Source: Nibricoccus sp.
GTDB lineage: Bacteria > Verrucomicrobiota > Verrucomicrobiia > Opitutales > Opitutaceae
Assembly (NCBI GenBank): GCA_047602425.1
Contig: JASGHG010000001.1
Location: 832,001-896,000, forward strand
Length of the DNA stretch: 64,000 nt
Reading direction: 5' to 3'
Below the pieces are notes generated by a model. The model did no database searches, was not told the origin of the DNA, and was given only the letters and a program-made list of their open reading frames with translations. Positions 1 to 12,744 of this stretch are shown piece after piece (within the stretch, counting starts at the first letter, position 1; every line of letters begins with the position of its first letter). The position numbers and the translations under genes were made by a program.

Positions 1-642
1 CACCTTTGCCGCTCCGAAGAGAAAAGCGCTCCGAATCGCGAACTGGCCGACAGGACCACAACCCCAGACCGCCACCACCGAATGGCCGCGCACGATGTCG
101 CAGTTTTCCGCAGCCATGTAACCGGTCGGGAAAATATCCGAGAGGAACAACAGTTTATCGTCCGGCAGGTTGTTCTCGATCTTCAACAAGCCGACGTCCG
201 CGTGCGGCACGCGCGCGTATTGAGCCTGTCCGCCGGCGTACCCGCCCGTGAGGTGTGCGTATCCAAACATCCCCGCGGGCGAGTAACCCATCATCGTTTC
301 TGCAATGTGCCAGTTCGGGTTGGTGTTGTCACAGGCGGAAAATTGTCGGCGTGCGCAATGAATACAATGCCCGCAGGAGATGGTGAACGGCACCACCACC
401 CTGTCGCCGACACGGATCTTTTGCACCTTCGGCCCGACTTCGACCACTTCGCCCATAAATTCGTGGCCCAGGATGTCGCCTTTTTCCAGTGTCGGTATAT
501 AACCATTAAAAAGATGGATATCGGATCCGCAAATCGCGGTCGACGTGATCTTCACGATGCAGTCGCGCGGGTTGAGGATCTTCGGATCGTCAACGGTCTG
601 CACTTCGACTCTCTTCTTTCCCATCCAAACGAGAGCTTTCAT
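1..642 (-). CDS. Zn-dependent alcohol dehydrogenase (glutathione-dependent formaldehyde dehydrogenase-like), runs off the left edge
   Basis: Manual minus-strand translation from ATG at 642 begins MKALVWMG and contains [27 protein letters not shown], an MDR-family N-terminus. The start overlaps the SRPBCC stop (ATGA). Confidence 0.9.
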   Translation of the reverse strand, partial: MKALVWMGKKRVEVQTVDDPKILNPRDCIVKITSTAICGSDIHLFNGYIPTLEKGDILGHEFMGEVVEVGPKVQKIRVGDRVVVPFTISCGHCIHCARRQFSACDNTNPNWHIAETMMGYSPAGMFGYAHLTGGYAGGQAQYARVPHADVGLLKIENNLPDDKLLFLSDIFPTGYMAAENCDIVRGHSVVAVWGCGPVGQFAIRSAFLFGAAKV

Positions 643-1235
643 GACTCGTCCTCCTCGTTGCGGCGTGAGCCGCCTGCTGGCTGTCCAGCCGTCGTGGGAA
701 TTTCGCCCGCCTCCATTAGTGCCTTGAGACGGCGCAGCGCATCGTAGACCTGCGAGCCGGCCGCATCCCGCGAGAGTTTCGCCAAAGCTGCGCCCACTTT
801 TCCGCCCGGAGGATCGTATTCGAGCGCGACTTTTATCTCCGTGCCTTCGTCACCCGGCGCCGGGTCAAAACGCACCGAGCCTGCATGGTCGACATCTCCG
901 CCGTCGCGCGAACGCCACGCAATCAGTCGGCCGGGTTCGTCGTTAATGATCACCGCGTCCCATTCCACCCGTCGGCCCAACGGCGCGCTGACCACCCAAT
1001 GAGACTCGTTTGCGGACGTCTGCGTGATCGTCACCGGATGTTTGACCACCTGCGCCAAGTTGCGCACATCGCGCCAGAAGTTATAAAGTTCTTCGGGAGA
1101 TTTCAAAATCGTGACCGCTTGGACCACCTTCGTGCCCCGATTGCCGGGCACTGCGATTTTGGAGTTATTTTCTTTTGCCTCTTCGCGGGCCTTGGAGCCT
1201 CGGGAGGTCGAAACGGTTTTTCCTAGAGTAGGCAT
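639..1235 (-). CDS. SRPBCC (polyketide cyclase/START-like) family protein
   Basis: [16 protein letters not shown]...[20 protein letters not shown]...GSVRF...GEIPT. Start taken at MPTLGK (1235). Confidence 0.88.
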   Translation of the reverse strand: MPTLGKTVSTSRGSKAREEAKENNSKIAVPGNRGTKVVQAVTILKSPEELYNFWRDVRNLAQVVKHPVTITQTSANESHWVVSAPLGRRVEWDAVIINDEPGRLIAWRSRDGGDVDHAGSVRFDPAPGDEGTEIKVALEYDPPGGKVGAALAKLSRDAAGSQVYDALRRLKALMEAGEIPTTAGQPAGGSRRNEEDES

Positions 1236-1911
1236 ATAATATTCGGGCTGAGGGTTGGGCGGCGCTGTGCCGAAATGGGGCAAAACCCGCCGATCTTTTT
1301 CGCAAGAAAACTGACCGCACATTAGCTTACAGGTAATTGCCTGTCGCGCGGAGCCTCTCCGCGATGCCGCATCGGGCTGCGGTACTAATACTATTCCCGT
1401 TCCGCGGCAGCTGGATCATCTCCTCCCGGCGCGTTTCCGATTCACGGAAAGTCTCTTTCTATTGTTTCGTTATCGCTCTCTTTTGAACTGAACCGATTCC
1501 TCAAGGCCGCGGTTTTTTCGTAAAACCAAACCCAAGCAAACACTGTCAAAAACCCCAAGGCACAAAGACGAATCAGCATCCAGATACAGCGATTCCTTGG
1601 GCGGCGTATGCCTCCGGAGATCCGATCTAACGAGGACCACGCCCAAGAACGCGGGAATGGGCAAACCACTTGCGCGAGCCAAAAATCAACTGTGAAGCCC
1701 GTGATACACTGAAGGCTCATGCCCGCCTCCAATACCCATCGCCCGTCAGCAAAGAAAATCATCCCTGAATTTGAGAGGAATGGCGGCCAACACGTGAGTG
1801 CAATCAGCTGACTTCCTTCCTGCGGCATCCAACCAATGCAGTGATTCCCCCCACTCGGCCACTGGGGAATCAGCCGCTACAGGGCGGGTGGCGAAACGCT
1901 ACAATAAAGAC

Positions 1912-2559
1912 GTGCAGAAGTTACTTCGGCGAAACGGGCTCTCGATTGCCGTGATGGGGCTGTTCCTCGTCACTTTTTTGGGTGGTCAGCTCTTGACCGG
2001 GTTGGCCGCTTACAATGACGACCGTTCCGAGCACGGCGAAACGAAGATCGGCCTGCTGGAATATTTAGCCAGTGCCCACTTTTTGGAAGCGACGGCGGAA
2101 AATTGGGAAAGCGAGTTTCTGCAAATCTTCGTGTACGTTTACATCACCGCCTTCCTTTTTCAGAAGGGTTCCGCTGAATCCAACGATCCAGACAAGCCGC
2201 GAGAGCAACACCGCATAACGCCGGATTCTCCGTGGCCGGCGCGAAAGGGCGGCCTCTGGCTAAAGCTTTATTCGCATTCGCTTTCGCTGGCGTTCGCCTT
2301 GCTATTTTTTGGCAGCTTTTGGCTGCATCTTTGCGGCAGCGTACGCTTGGAAAACGAAGAGCGGGCCAGACTCGGTTTGGCCGCAATCTCGCTCAAAGAG
2401 CACTTGGGCGGTGCAAAGTTCTGGTTTGAATCGTTTCAGAACTGGCAAAGCGAATTCCTCGCGATTGGAAGCATGGTCATCCTCAGCATCTTCCTGCGGG
2501 AAAAAGATTCCCCGGAATCGAAACCCGTGGAGGCGCCTCATAGTGAAACCGGTGGGTAA
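1912..2559 (+). CDS. DUF6766-like membrane protein
   Basis: Internal repeat motifs ENWESEFLQ and FESFQNWQSEFLA plus several TM segments. GTG start inferred. Confidence 0.75.
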   Translation: MQKLLRRNGLSIAVMGLFLVTFLGGQLLTGLAAYNDDRSEHGETKIGLLEYLASAHFLEATAENWESEFLQIFVYVYITAFLFQKGSAESNDPDKPREQHRITPDSPWPARKGGLWLKLYSHSLSLAFALLFFGSFWLHLCGSVRLENEERARLGLAAISLKEHLGGAKFWFESFQNWQSEFLAIGSMVILSIFLREKDSPESKPVEAPHSETGG

Positions 2560-2576
2560 TCCCCCGGGGAAAAAGA

Positions 2577-2605
2577 AAGGCCCGTTTCCGAAGAAAACGG
2601 GCCTT
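2577..2605 (-). terminator. Intrinsic terminator hairpin downstream of tRNA-Asp (possibly bidirectional)
   Basis: aaggcccgttt...aaacgggcctt inverted repeat with a T-rich tail on the minus strand. Confidence 0.75.
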
Positions 2606-2612
2606 ATCAAAA

Positions 2613-2689
2613 TGGCGGGATGGACGGGACTCGAACCCGCGACCTTCTGCGTGACAGGCAGACGCTCTAACCAGCTGAGCTACCACCCC
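2613..2689 (-). tRNA. tRNA-Asp (GTC)
   Basis: Reverse complement GGGGTGGTAGCTCAGCTGGTTAGAGCGTCTGCCTGTCACGCAGAAGGTCGCGGGTTCGAGTCCCGTCCATCCCGCCA: cloverleaf, anticodon GTC, encoded CCA. Confidence 0.97.
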
Positions 2690-2710
2690 GTGAAACGGGA
2701 AAGGAGGCGG

Positions 2711-2738
2711 ACGTTAGGTCCGAGAAAAGGCAAGTCAA
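2711..2738 (-). promoter_or_regulatory. Putative sigma70 promoter of tRNA-Asp
   Basis: TTGACT-N16-TAACGT followed by GC-rich CCGCCTCC on the minus strand. Confidence 0.55.
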
Positions 2739-2946
2739 GCGTCTGTTTTCACAAATTGCATTTCCCTAAAACCTCGCTCCTTTTCTCCTTCGAAATCCCC
2801 TCCCAAAATCCACCTTTCCTCGCCTGTTTTCCTCCCCGAAATCGAGAAAGGTCCGCACTTTTAAGGTCGCTCTCCCCCGTCCTCTCTGCGAACTACCTTC
2901 CCTGCCAAGAGTTAAGTCCCAGCCAGTTTGGCCGATAACAAACGGA

Positions 2947-3798
2947 ATGACGGTCGCCAGTCCTACCTCCAAAGAGCTTTTGCTGCTCGCCCAGCAGCTG
3001 CCGGCATCGCCACAGATTCTGCTCAAGCTCGACGCGTTGATTAACAACCTCAATTGCACGCTTGAGGAAATCGCCGTCCTGCTCCGCCGCGACGCCACCC
3101 TCGCCGCCCGCATTATCCGCATCAGCAACAGCACCGTCTACGGCGGCGAAAGCCCGGTGACCTCCGTTGAAGAGGCCGTCGGCCGGGTCGGCTTTTCTGA
3201 AGTCTATCGACTCACCGGTCTCGCCGTCGCGGCCCAGCTTGCCAGCGAACACCTCCCTTTTTACGGCCACAATGGACAACAACTCCGCGACAACACGCTT
3301 ATCACCGCGCTCGTCGTCGAAGTTCTCGCCCGTCAGGCCCGCATGGATTCCCGCGCCGCCTATGCCACCGCGCTTCTGCGCTCCATGGGCAAGCTCGTGC
3401 TCGACCGTTACGTCAAAAAGCACCTCACGCCGATGCAGCATTTCAACCGTTCCGGCGTGCCTACGCTGCTCACGTGGGAGGATAAGATTCTCAGCTGCAA
3501 CAATGCCTCGATTGCCGGCCTCATTCTCGAGACCTGGCATTTCCCTCCTTCGATCACCGAACCAATCCGGCAACACTATCTCGTCGAGCCGCCCACCGGC
3601 GAACACACCCGCACCACTTATTTGCTCAACCTCGCGAGCGGAGTCGCCTGCGATCTCGGTTACGCGCTGCCGGGCGAGGCGAATTATTGGGAATTGACCG
3701 ACGAAAAGATCGAGTCCGCCGGCTTGGACGGTGTCGACCTCAACGAGGTTGGCGAGGAGGCCCAAGCTTCCTTCGAAGCGATGCGCGATTCGCTCTAA
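2947..3798 (+). CDS. HDOD domain signal-transduction protein
   Basis: LPASPQILLKL...DATLAARIIRISNS...SVEEAVGRVG...ALLRSMGKLVL...ILETWHFP. Confidence 0.88.
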   Translation: MTVASPTSKELLLLAQQLPASPQILLKLDALINNLNCTLEEIAVLLRRDATLAARIIRISNSTVYGGESPVTSVEEAVGRVGFSEVYRLTGLAVAAQLASEHLPFYGHNGQQLRDNTLITALVVEVLARQARMDSRAAYATALLRSMGKLVLDRYVKKHLTPMQHFNRSGVPTLLTWEDKILSCNNASIAGLILETWHFPPSITEPIRQHYLVEPPTGEHTRTTYLLNLASGVACDLGYALPGEANYWELTDEKIESAGLDGVDLNEVGEEAQASFEAMRDSL

Positions 3799-3927
3799 CC
3801 CGCCGCCTCATGATTCGTTGCGCGCGGCTCTTCGTCCTGCATGATGGCGAGGCGCCGAAGCCAGCAAATTCATTGAACGCAACGTGTAGTTGAAAAAGCA
3901 CGACGATCTCCCCACCCTTTAAACGCC

Positions 3928-5124
3928 ATGAAACTGCTGCGCGTCATCGCCTCGGTCGACCCCGCCACCGGCGGCCCCGTGGCCGGTCTGCGCGCCGTCA
4001 CTCCCGAGCTCGATGTGCTCGGCCATGAAACCGAGTTTTTGACCGTCGACGATCCCACCGACGGTTTTCTCCAAAGCTGGGTGGGCCGGGTTCACGCTCT
4101 CGGACCGGTGAAAAATCGTTACGCGCGTTCTGGCCGCCTCAAGCCCTGGCTGGAGAAAAACATCAAGCGTTACGATGCGGTGGTGGTTCACGGTCTTTGG
4201 CAGGATCTTGGCCGCACTGTCAGCGAAATCTGCCGCCAGCCCGGGACTCCACCCTACTTTGTCATCCCGCACGGCATGCTCGATCCCGGGCTGAAAAAAA
4301 CGTATCCGTTCCGTCATTTCAAAAAATGGATTTACTGGCAGCTCGTCGAACGCCACGTGCTGCGCGAGGCCCGCGCCGTGCTTTTCACCTGCGAGGAAGA
4401 GCGCCGTCTCGCCAGTCAGACTTTCCCTCGCTACGAGTGCAACGAGGCCGTGATCACCTATGGCGCGACTGCTCCCGACCGCAACGACCCGACGTTCGCC
4501 GCTGCCTGGCAGGCGCGCTGCCCCGCCGTCACGCAACGTCCGTTCTGGCTCTACTTGGGCCGGGTGCATTCGAAAAAGGGGGTCGATCTCCTCTTGCGCG
4601 CCTACGGACGTGTCCGCCAGCTCAGCGCCGGCCTCGCCCTGCCTAACTTCCCAGATCTCGTGATCGCGGGTCCCTGCCTTGACCAAGGCTACCTGACCGC
4701 GCTCAAACAACTCGCCACCAACAAAGGCATCGCTCCGTACGTGCACTGGACCGGCATGCTGACAGGCGCGGCCAAATGGGGCGCCCTGCAAGCCGCTGAA
4801 ATGTTCGTCCTCCCTTCGCATCAGGAAAATTTTGGCATCGCCGTCGTCGAAGCGCTCGCCTGCGGTCGCCCCGTGCTCATCACGGATCGGGTTAACATCT
4901 GGCGTGAACTCGCAAAAGACGGCGCCGCCCTCGTGGAAACCGACGACGAAAGCGGCGTCGAGCGTCTGCTTCAACGCTGGCTGGCGCTGACCGACGACCG
5001 CCGCCGCCACATGTCCGAAGCCGCCGCAAAATCCTTTGCCGACCGTTTCGAAATCACCCACGCCGCCCAATCCTTCTCGGATCAACTCGCGGAGCTGCTG
5101 AAGCCCGAAACGGAAAATCCCTAA
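3928..5124 (+). CDS. Glycosyltransferase family 4
   Basis: LYLGRVHSKKGVDLL and FVLPSHQENFGIAVVEALACG. Confidence 0.92.
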   Translation: MKLLRVIASVDPATGGPVAGLRAVTPELDVLGHETEFLTVDDPTDGFLQSWVGRVHALGPVKNRYARSGRLKPWLEKNIKRYDAVVVHGLWQDLGRTVSEICRQPGTPPYFVIPHGMLDPGLKKTYPFRHFKKWIYWQLVERHVLREARAVLFTCEEERRLASQTFPRYECNEAVITYGATAPDRNDPTFAAAWQARCPAVTQRPFWLYLGRVHSKKGVDLLLRAYGRVRQLSAGLALPNFPDLVIAGPCLDQGYLTALKQLATNKGIAPYVHWTGMLTGAAKWGALQAAEMFVLPSHQENFGIAVVEALACGRPVLITDRVNIWRELAKDGAALVETDDESGVERLLQRWLALTDDRRRHMSEAAAKSFADRFEITHAAQSFSDQLAELLKPETENP

Positions 5125-5133
5125 CCACTCGCC

Positions 5134-6285
5134 ATGCGCATCACCATTGCCCAGGGCGCCTTCCTTCCCGTGCCGCCGCTTCTGGGTGGCGCGGTGGAAA
5201 AAGTATGGTTTAACCTCGGTCGTGAGTTCGCCCGCCGCGGCCACGAGGTCACACATCTTTCGCGCCGGCATCCCGATTTGCCCACTCGCGAGACCATCGA
5301 GGGCGTGCGCCATGTGCGCGTCTCCGGGTTTTCGTCGCCAGCCAGGATTTCACAACGACTCCTCCTCGATTTTTGGTACGCCCTGCGCCTCTCTGCCAAA
5401 CTGCCGCCTGCCGACCTTCTGGTGACAAACACCTTCTGGCTGCCCGCGCTGCCTCACCGTCGCTCGCGCGGGTTGCCGTATGTACATGTCGCCCGTTTTC
5501 CCAAGGGCCAGCTCAAGCTTTACCGCAACGCCGTTCTCCAAACGGTCTCGGAGGCCATTCGCCAGGCGATCCTGGCCGAACTGCCAAACGCCGCCAAACG
5601 TCTCCGCGTCATCCCGTATCCACTTTCTGAACACCACTTGCGCCCGGCGGTCGCGCCCGCCTCGCAAACGATCCTCTACGCTGGCCGCGTACATCCCGAA
5701 AAAGGCATTCACTTGCTGATCCAAGCTTTCGCCCAGCTTCCATCTGCCGATCGCATGGGATGGAAACTCCAGATTGTGGGTCCGTGGGACATCGCCTTGG
5801 GCGGTGGCGGCGATACCTACCTCGCCGAGCTTCACGCCTCCGCCGCGCCCGCGGCCGGCGACATCGAGTTCGTCGGCCCGGTTTTCGACGAAAAACGACT
5901 CGTCGCCTACTACGAAAACGCCCGCCTGTTCGTTTATCCTTCGCTGGCGGAACAGGGCGAAACCTTCGGCCTCGCCGTCCTCGAAGCCATGGCCGCGGGC
6001 TGCGTCCCCCTCGTGTCAGACCTGGCGTGTTTTCGCGATTTTATCCGGGCCGATGTCAACGGCCAGATTTTCGACCATCGCGCGCCCCAGCCGGCCGACC
6101 GCCTCGCCGCCGTGCTCGCCACGCTCATGCGCAGCCCGGCCTCGACCCAACCGCTTCGCGAATCCGCCTGGCTCACCGCCCGCGACTACACGGTGCCGAA
6201 AATCGCCAGCCAGTTCCTCGCCGATTTTTCCCAGTTGACCGGACAGCCTGTCGTGCCGAACCTTGCTCCCGCCCCAAACCGATGA
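5134..6285 (+). CDS. Glycosyltransferase family 4
   Basis: ILYAGRVHPEKG and VYPSLAEQGETFGLAVLEAMAAG. Confidence 0.92.
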   Translation: MRITIAQGAFLPVPPLLGGAVEKVWFNLGREFARRGHEVTHLSRRHPDLPTRETIEGVRHVRVSGFSSPARISQRLLLDFWYALRLSAKLPPADLLVTNTFWLPALPHRRSRGLPYVHVARFPKGQLKLYRNAVLQTVSEAIRQAILAELPNAAKRLRVIPYPLSEHHLRPAVAPASQTILYAGRVHPEKGIHLLIQAFAQLPSADRMGWKLQIVGPWDIALGGGGDTYLAELHASAAPAAGDIEFVGPVFDEKRLVAYYENARLFVYPSLAEQGETFGLAVLEAMAAGCVPLVSDLACFRDFIRADVNGQIFDHRAPQPADRLAAVLATLMRSPASTQPLRESAWLTARDYTVPKIASQFLADFSQLTGQPVVPNLAPAPNR

Positions 6286-6857
6286 GCACCCCGCCCCGCG
6301 AAGTCACCACGCATGCCCAGGCCAGCGCCTACGCTTCGCCGTGGAGTCTTCAGGCCCGTCTGGGCCTGTTGCTTTGGTCGGCCGCGTGGACATTTCTCTG
6401 CGCTTGGACGCCCAAGCCGCTCAACCTCTGGCGCCTTTTCGTGTTGCGCTGTTTCGGCGCGAAAATCGAAGGCCTGCCCTTCGTGCACGCCCGCGCCCGC
6501 ATCCACATTCCGTGGAATCTCCGTCTGGCCCACCGCGCCTGCCTCGGCGATCGTGCCAACGCCTATTCGCTCGGAGAAATTGTCCTCGGCGAAGGCTGCA
6601 CTGTCGCGCAAGAGGCCTACCTTTGCACCGGCACGCATGATTTCGCTTCGCCCGCCCTGCCTTTGCAAACCGCGCCGATCGTCGTCGGCAAAGATGCTTT
6701 CATCGGCGTTCGCGCCCTTGTCCTGCCCGGTGTCCAAATCGGCGAGCGCGCCATCGTCGGGGCCGGAGCCGTCGTAACAAAAGACGTCGGCCCCAACTCC
6801 ATCGTCGCCGGCAACCCCGCCAAAGTCATTGGTACCCGGTCGGCCTCTCACGAATAA
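6282..6857 (+). CDS. WcaF-like hexapeptide-repeat acetyltransferase
   Basis: ATG overlaps the GT stop. PWNL...YLCTGTHDF...IGERAIVGAGAVVTKDV...VAGNPAKVI. Confidence 0.85.
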   Translation: MSTPPREVTTHAQASAYASPWSLQARLGLLLWSAAWTFLCAWTPKPLNLWRLFVLRCFGAKIEGLPFVHARARIHIPWNLRLAHRACLGDRANAYSLGEIVLGEGCTVAQEAYLCTGTHDFASPALPLQTAPIVVGKDAFIGVRALVLPGVQIGERAIVGAGAVVTKDVGPNSIVAGNPAKVIGTRSASHE

Positions 6858-6991
6858 AGCCAACCTCGAGAGAGTCGCGTTTGCCTTATGCTCCGCGCTG
6901 CGAGGAATTTCCTCTTCTACTAGCCCGCCCGACGGCCGGAAAAACACTTTGAACAAAATCCCGCTCCGCCTACCGTGCGCTTCACAACATC

Positions 6992-7228
6992 ATGAGTCAG
7001 CCGAACCAAAAACTCGTTTCCCCCGCCAGTCTCGCCGTCGATGCCGTGCTTGTGCTCGGATTTTTCCTGTATCTGTTTTCGATCCTTCGAGCCCACGTGC
7101 AATCGCACGATCTCTTTAACATCGTTGTTTGGGCCGGACTCACGTCCGCTTGCTTAAGTTCGGTGTTTTGGCTCGCGATTCAAATGTTCCGCGTCGTCTA
7201 TCGCGCCCAAAAAGCCCGCGGCAAATAA
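6992..7228 (+). CDS. Small two-TM hypothetical membrane protein
   Basis: 78-aa ORF with two hydrophobic segments, followed by a terminator. Confidence 0.7.
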   Translation: MSQPNQKLVSPASLAVDAVLVLGFFLYLFSILRAHVQSHDLFNIVVWAGLTSACLSSVFWLAIQMFRVVYRAQKARGK

Positions 7229-7278
7229 CTCGGGTCGATTTTGTCCGCCGTCGCAAATCCGACCGCACTTCACTTTTC

Positions 7279-7317
7279 AGGCCGCCCATTCGCACGAATC
7301 GGCGGCCTTTTTATTTT
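7279..7317 (+). terminator. Intrinsic terminator between convergent genes
   Basis: aggccgcc...ggcggcct hairpin followed by a T-run. Confidence 0.7.
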
Positions 7318-7323
7318 GGCGGT

Positions 7324-8184
7324 TTAGCCGTTCTTCAACCGGCGCTTCTCGATGATGACGCCGGCAATGATGGCGATTTCAAAAAGCAGGTAGAGGGGCG
7401 CCGCGAAAAGCGTCATCGTAATGAAATCCGTGGTCGGCGTAATGATGGCAGAAAGGATGAAAATCACGATGATCGCGTGCCGCCGGTACTTTTTCAGAAA
7501 GGCGGTGCTCAAGACCCCGAGATAAACCAGCAGCAAAATCAACAGGGGAAACTCGAAGCCCAAACCAACGCCAAGCACCAACCAGGTCAAAATGCTATAG
7601 TAGCTTCCGGGCGTCCAGTTCGGCACGCCAAAGCCCATCAGTTCGTTGAGATCCAGCGCCGTCTCGATTGTTTTTGGAGTTAAAAAGAAGAACCCAAACG
7701 CCGCGCCTATCAGAAACAGGCACAAGGCCGCAAAACCCGCGGGTATCACCATTCTCAGCTCCTTTTTCGTCAGCGCCGGCGCCACAAATTTCGCCACAAA
7801 ATAGACGATAAACGGTGCCGCCGGCCCGAGCGCCCCCAATAAACAGACCTGAAACGTGATGCCAAAGATCTCCGAAATCCCCACCGGCCTGAGATCCAGC
7901 GCAAAACCCGGCTTGGCCGCCTTGATCTGTTCCAGCGGCCAGAGGAGGAGGTGGTTAAACTCCTTCAAGTAGATGCCGATGAGCACGGCAAAAATGCCGT
8001 AGGCGATCGCGCTCTTCACCAGCGTCCAGCGCAACTCCTCCAAATGCTCAAAGAACCCCATCGGTTTTTCGCCGGGCGGGAGCGGAGCTTCGTCTTCTTC
8101 AGGATATTCTGGATAAGTCACAGGCGGGAAAGCTGGCGATCTTGCGTATTCTCGCAACGAACGGAAGCGAGGAATTTTCCTCAC
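7324..8184 (-). CDS. tatC: Twin-arginine translocase subunit TatC (start uncertain)
   Basis: MGFFEHLEELRWTL, FVAPALTKKE, GFEFPL, SAIITPTTD, PLYLLFE. Confidence 0.92.
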   Translation of the reverse strand: MRKIPRFRSLREYARSPAFPPVTYPEYPEEDEAPLPPGEKPMGFFEHLEELRWTLVKSAIAYGIFAVLIGIYLKEFNHLLLWPLEQIKAAKPGFALDLRPVGISEIFGITFQVCLLGALGPAAPFIVYFVAKFVAPALTKKELRMVIPAGFAALCLFLIGAAFGFFFLTPKTIETALDLNELMGFGVPNWTPGSYYSILTWLVLGVGLGFEFPLLILLLVYLGVLSTAFLKKYRRHAIIVIFILSAIITPTTDFITMTLFAAPLYLLFEIAIIAGVIIEKRRLKNG

Positions 8185-8345
8185 CGGGAATCGGAAGTCG
8201 GAGGTCGGATATCAAAATTCCGAGGGCCGGACAAAGCACGTAGTGGAGAGACGGTGGGGGCCGCCGCGCCGGTCGAGGATCCAACGCCACAGCAAAGCAA
8301 CTTGCAGTCGAGTCTTCCGACTCCCGTCCGGCCTCTGGCATCTGG

Positions 8346-8702
8346 CTCGTTCTCGTCGCGTCCTGAAGGGTATCCGCTCCTCCAACCCTCCGCTATCGCT
8401 CCGGGCGGACCGCTTAACGCAATCCGCGCGGCCCACCATCTCCGCGCTGCCGCGCTCCGTCCGACTCGTTCTCGTCGCGCCCAAAGGGCACCCGCTCCTC
8501 CAACCCTCCGCTATCGCTCCGGGCGGGCCGCTTGACGCAATCCGCGCGGTCCACCATCTCCGCGCTGCCGCGCTCCGTCCGACTTGTTCTCGTCGCGCCC
8601 AAAGGGCACCCGCTCCTCCAACCCTCCGCTATCGCTCCGGGCGGGCCGCTTAACGCAAACCGCGCGGCCCACCATCTCCGCGCTGCCGCGCTCCGTCCGA
8701 CT
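8346..8702. repeat. Three tandem copies of a ~118-119-bp unit
   Basis: Units start at 8346, 8465 and 8583 and are near-identical (ctcgttctcgtcgcg...ccgctcctccaaccctccgctatcgctccgggcgg...ccgcgctccgtccga). Confidence 0.95.
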
Positions 8703-8785
8703 TCCGACCTCTGGCATCCGACTTCCGGCCTCCGGCTTCTGGCTTCTGGCCTCCGGCTTCTGGCTTCTGGCTTCCGCCTCCGTCC
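8701..8785. repeat. Degenerate 7-bp tandem repeat (cttctgg/cctccgg/cttccga)
   Basis: cttccga cctctgg catccga cttccgg cctccgg cttctgg cttctgg... Similar heptamers occur at 8315-8345 and inverted at about 8190-8210. Confidence 0.85.
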
Positions 8786-8897
8786 ACCCTCCTCAAAACT
8801 CCTCTGCGCCGTTGACAGCCCCCCGGGGGGTGCGTATCGCGTTGTCCTTTGCGTCACTCAAATCCCCGTTCCTTTTTTAACCAACTAATCCATATCC

Positions 8898-11687
<2,790 letters not shown>

Positions 11688-11689
11688 AA

Positions 11690-11716
11690 GGTAGGGACGG
11701 CCCGCCGGGCCGTCCG
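11690..11716 (+). repeat. REP element (family B, GTAG + palindrome)
   Basis: ggtagggacggcccgccgggccgtcc, the same family as the doublet at 11886-11969. Confidence 0.75.
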
Positions 11717-11755
11717 ATCTTTCTCTTTATTCTTTCTCGTTCTCTTTCTCCCTCA

Positions 11756-11789
11756 GCCCCGCGCCTCAAAAGCGCGGGGCTTTTTTATT
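11756..11789 (+). terminator. Intrinsic terminator of ppdK
   Basis: agccccgcgc-ctcaaaa-gcgcggggct followed by a T-run. Confidence 0.85.
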
Positions 11790-11808
11790 CAATAGCTACT
11801 GTGGCGTT

Positions 11809-11836
11809 AGGTGGCGCGGCTTGACCTCAAGACGCG
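11809..11836 (+). repeat. REP element (family A, RAYT-associated type)
   Basis: aggtgg cgcggcttg-acct-caagacgcg, which resembles the REPs flanking the RAYT. Confidence 0.65.
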
Positions 11837-11849
11837 TTCCGAATCCCTC

Positions 11850-12013
11850 ATACCAAGTTGCATTCAAAGATATCGAAACGGTCGAGGTAGGGACGACCCG
11901 CCGGGTCGTCCGCCAACGTTGCCTGCGAATGGCCCGAGCGGACGGACGGCCCGGCGGTCCGTCCCTACCCATCGTATGCCGACAATATTTACACGTTGAT
12001 TGCAACTTGGTAT
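11850..12013. mobile_element. MITE-like element with 18-bp terminal inverted repeats and an internal REP doublet
   Basis: ataccaagttgcattcaa ... ttgattgcaacttggtat (1 mismatch in 18), TA at both ends. Inside: ggtagggacgacccgccgggtcgtcc ... ggacggcccggcggtccgtccctacc. Confidence 0.75.
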
Positions 12014-12744
12014 CACACCCTCCCCGTCCGCAGCGCCCTTGCCCATTCTGGAAAACCATTCGCTATGGCCAGCGCAGCCGCCTTCTCCCAATCGTAAGCC
12101 ACCGCCCGGAGCGCAGCCTGCCAGCTTTCTCCCGTTCGCTCCACCAGGGCGTAACGCGCGTGCGGACTGCCTGCTTCCATTTTGTGCAGAAACGGCAGTG
12201 CATCCGCATATGCAGGCAAACCCACGCTGCCGGCGTTCACGACCAGGGAACCGTCCGGGAGAGACAAAGTAGCCGCAACGTGCGTGTGGCCGCATAAAAC
12301 CAGCGCTGCACCATCGTCTTTCAAAATCTCCGCCACTTCCTGCGGACTTCGCAGCTCGACCACCGTCGGCGTCACTTTCTCCAAAAGATACTCCGTGTCG
12401 CTCCGTGGCGAACCATGACATGCCACTAACCATTCTTCCCGTGCCACCGCCGGCCAGCTGGCGGCAAAAGCCAGATCCTCCGCCGTGAGCTTCGTCCGCG
12501 CATAGAGCGCACTCTTGGTCGCTTTCTCCGGCCCGATACCCAGCACCATCCGCTCGCCGTTTCCGCGCACATGCACCGCCTCGATAGTTTTGAGCAGACG
12601 AACGACGCCCTGTGGATTGATCGGACCGTTGAACGCATCGCCGAGGTGAACGATGCGGTCCACGCCCGCACTGGCGATATCCTCCAGCACCGCCGCCAAA
12701 GCGAGGTCGTTACTGTGAATGTCAGCTATGACAGCGATCCGCAT
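12013..12744 (-). CDS. Metallophosphoesterase (calcineurin-like)
   Basis: IADIHSN, HLGD, VRGN, CHGSP, LCGHTH, VNAGSVG. Confidence 0.92.
   Translation of the reverse strand: MRIAVIADIHSNDLALAAVLEDIASAGVDRIVHLGDAFNGPINPQGVVRLLKTIEAVHVRGNGERMVLGIGPEKATKSALYARTKLTAEDLAFAASWPAVAREEWLVACHGSPRSDTEYLLEKVTPTVVELRSPQEVAEILKDDGAALVLCGHTHVAATLSLPDGSLVVNAGSVGLPAYADALPFLHKMEAGSPHARYALVERTGESWQAALRAVAYDWEKAAALAIANGFPEWARALRTGRV

Noticed and set aside
1442..1828. ORFs between the SRPBCC and DUF6766-like genes
   Set aside because: Overlapping short frames with no recognisable motif; a gene call cannot be supported.
2613..2689. tRNA-Asp as an island integration site
   Set aside because: No integrase and no duplicated tRNA 3' end were seen, and a terminator follows directly.
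8346..8702. Possible CRISPR array
   Set aside because: The units are similar over their whole ~119 bp, with no unique spacers, and there are no cas genes in the window.
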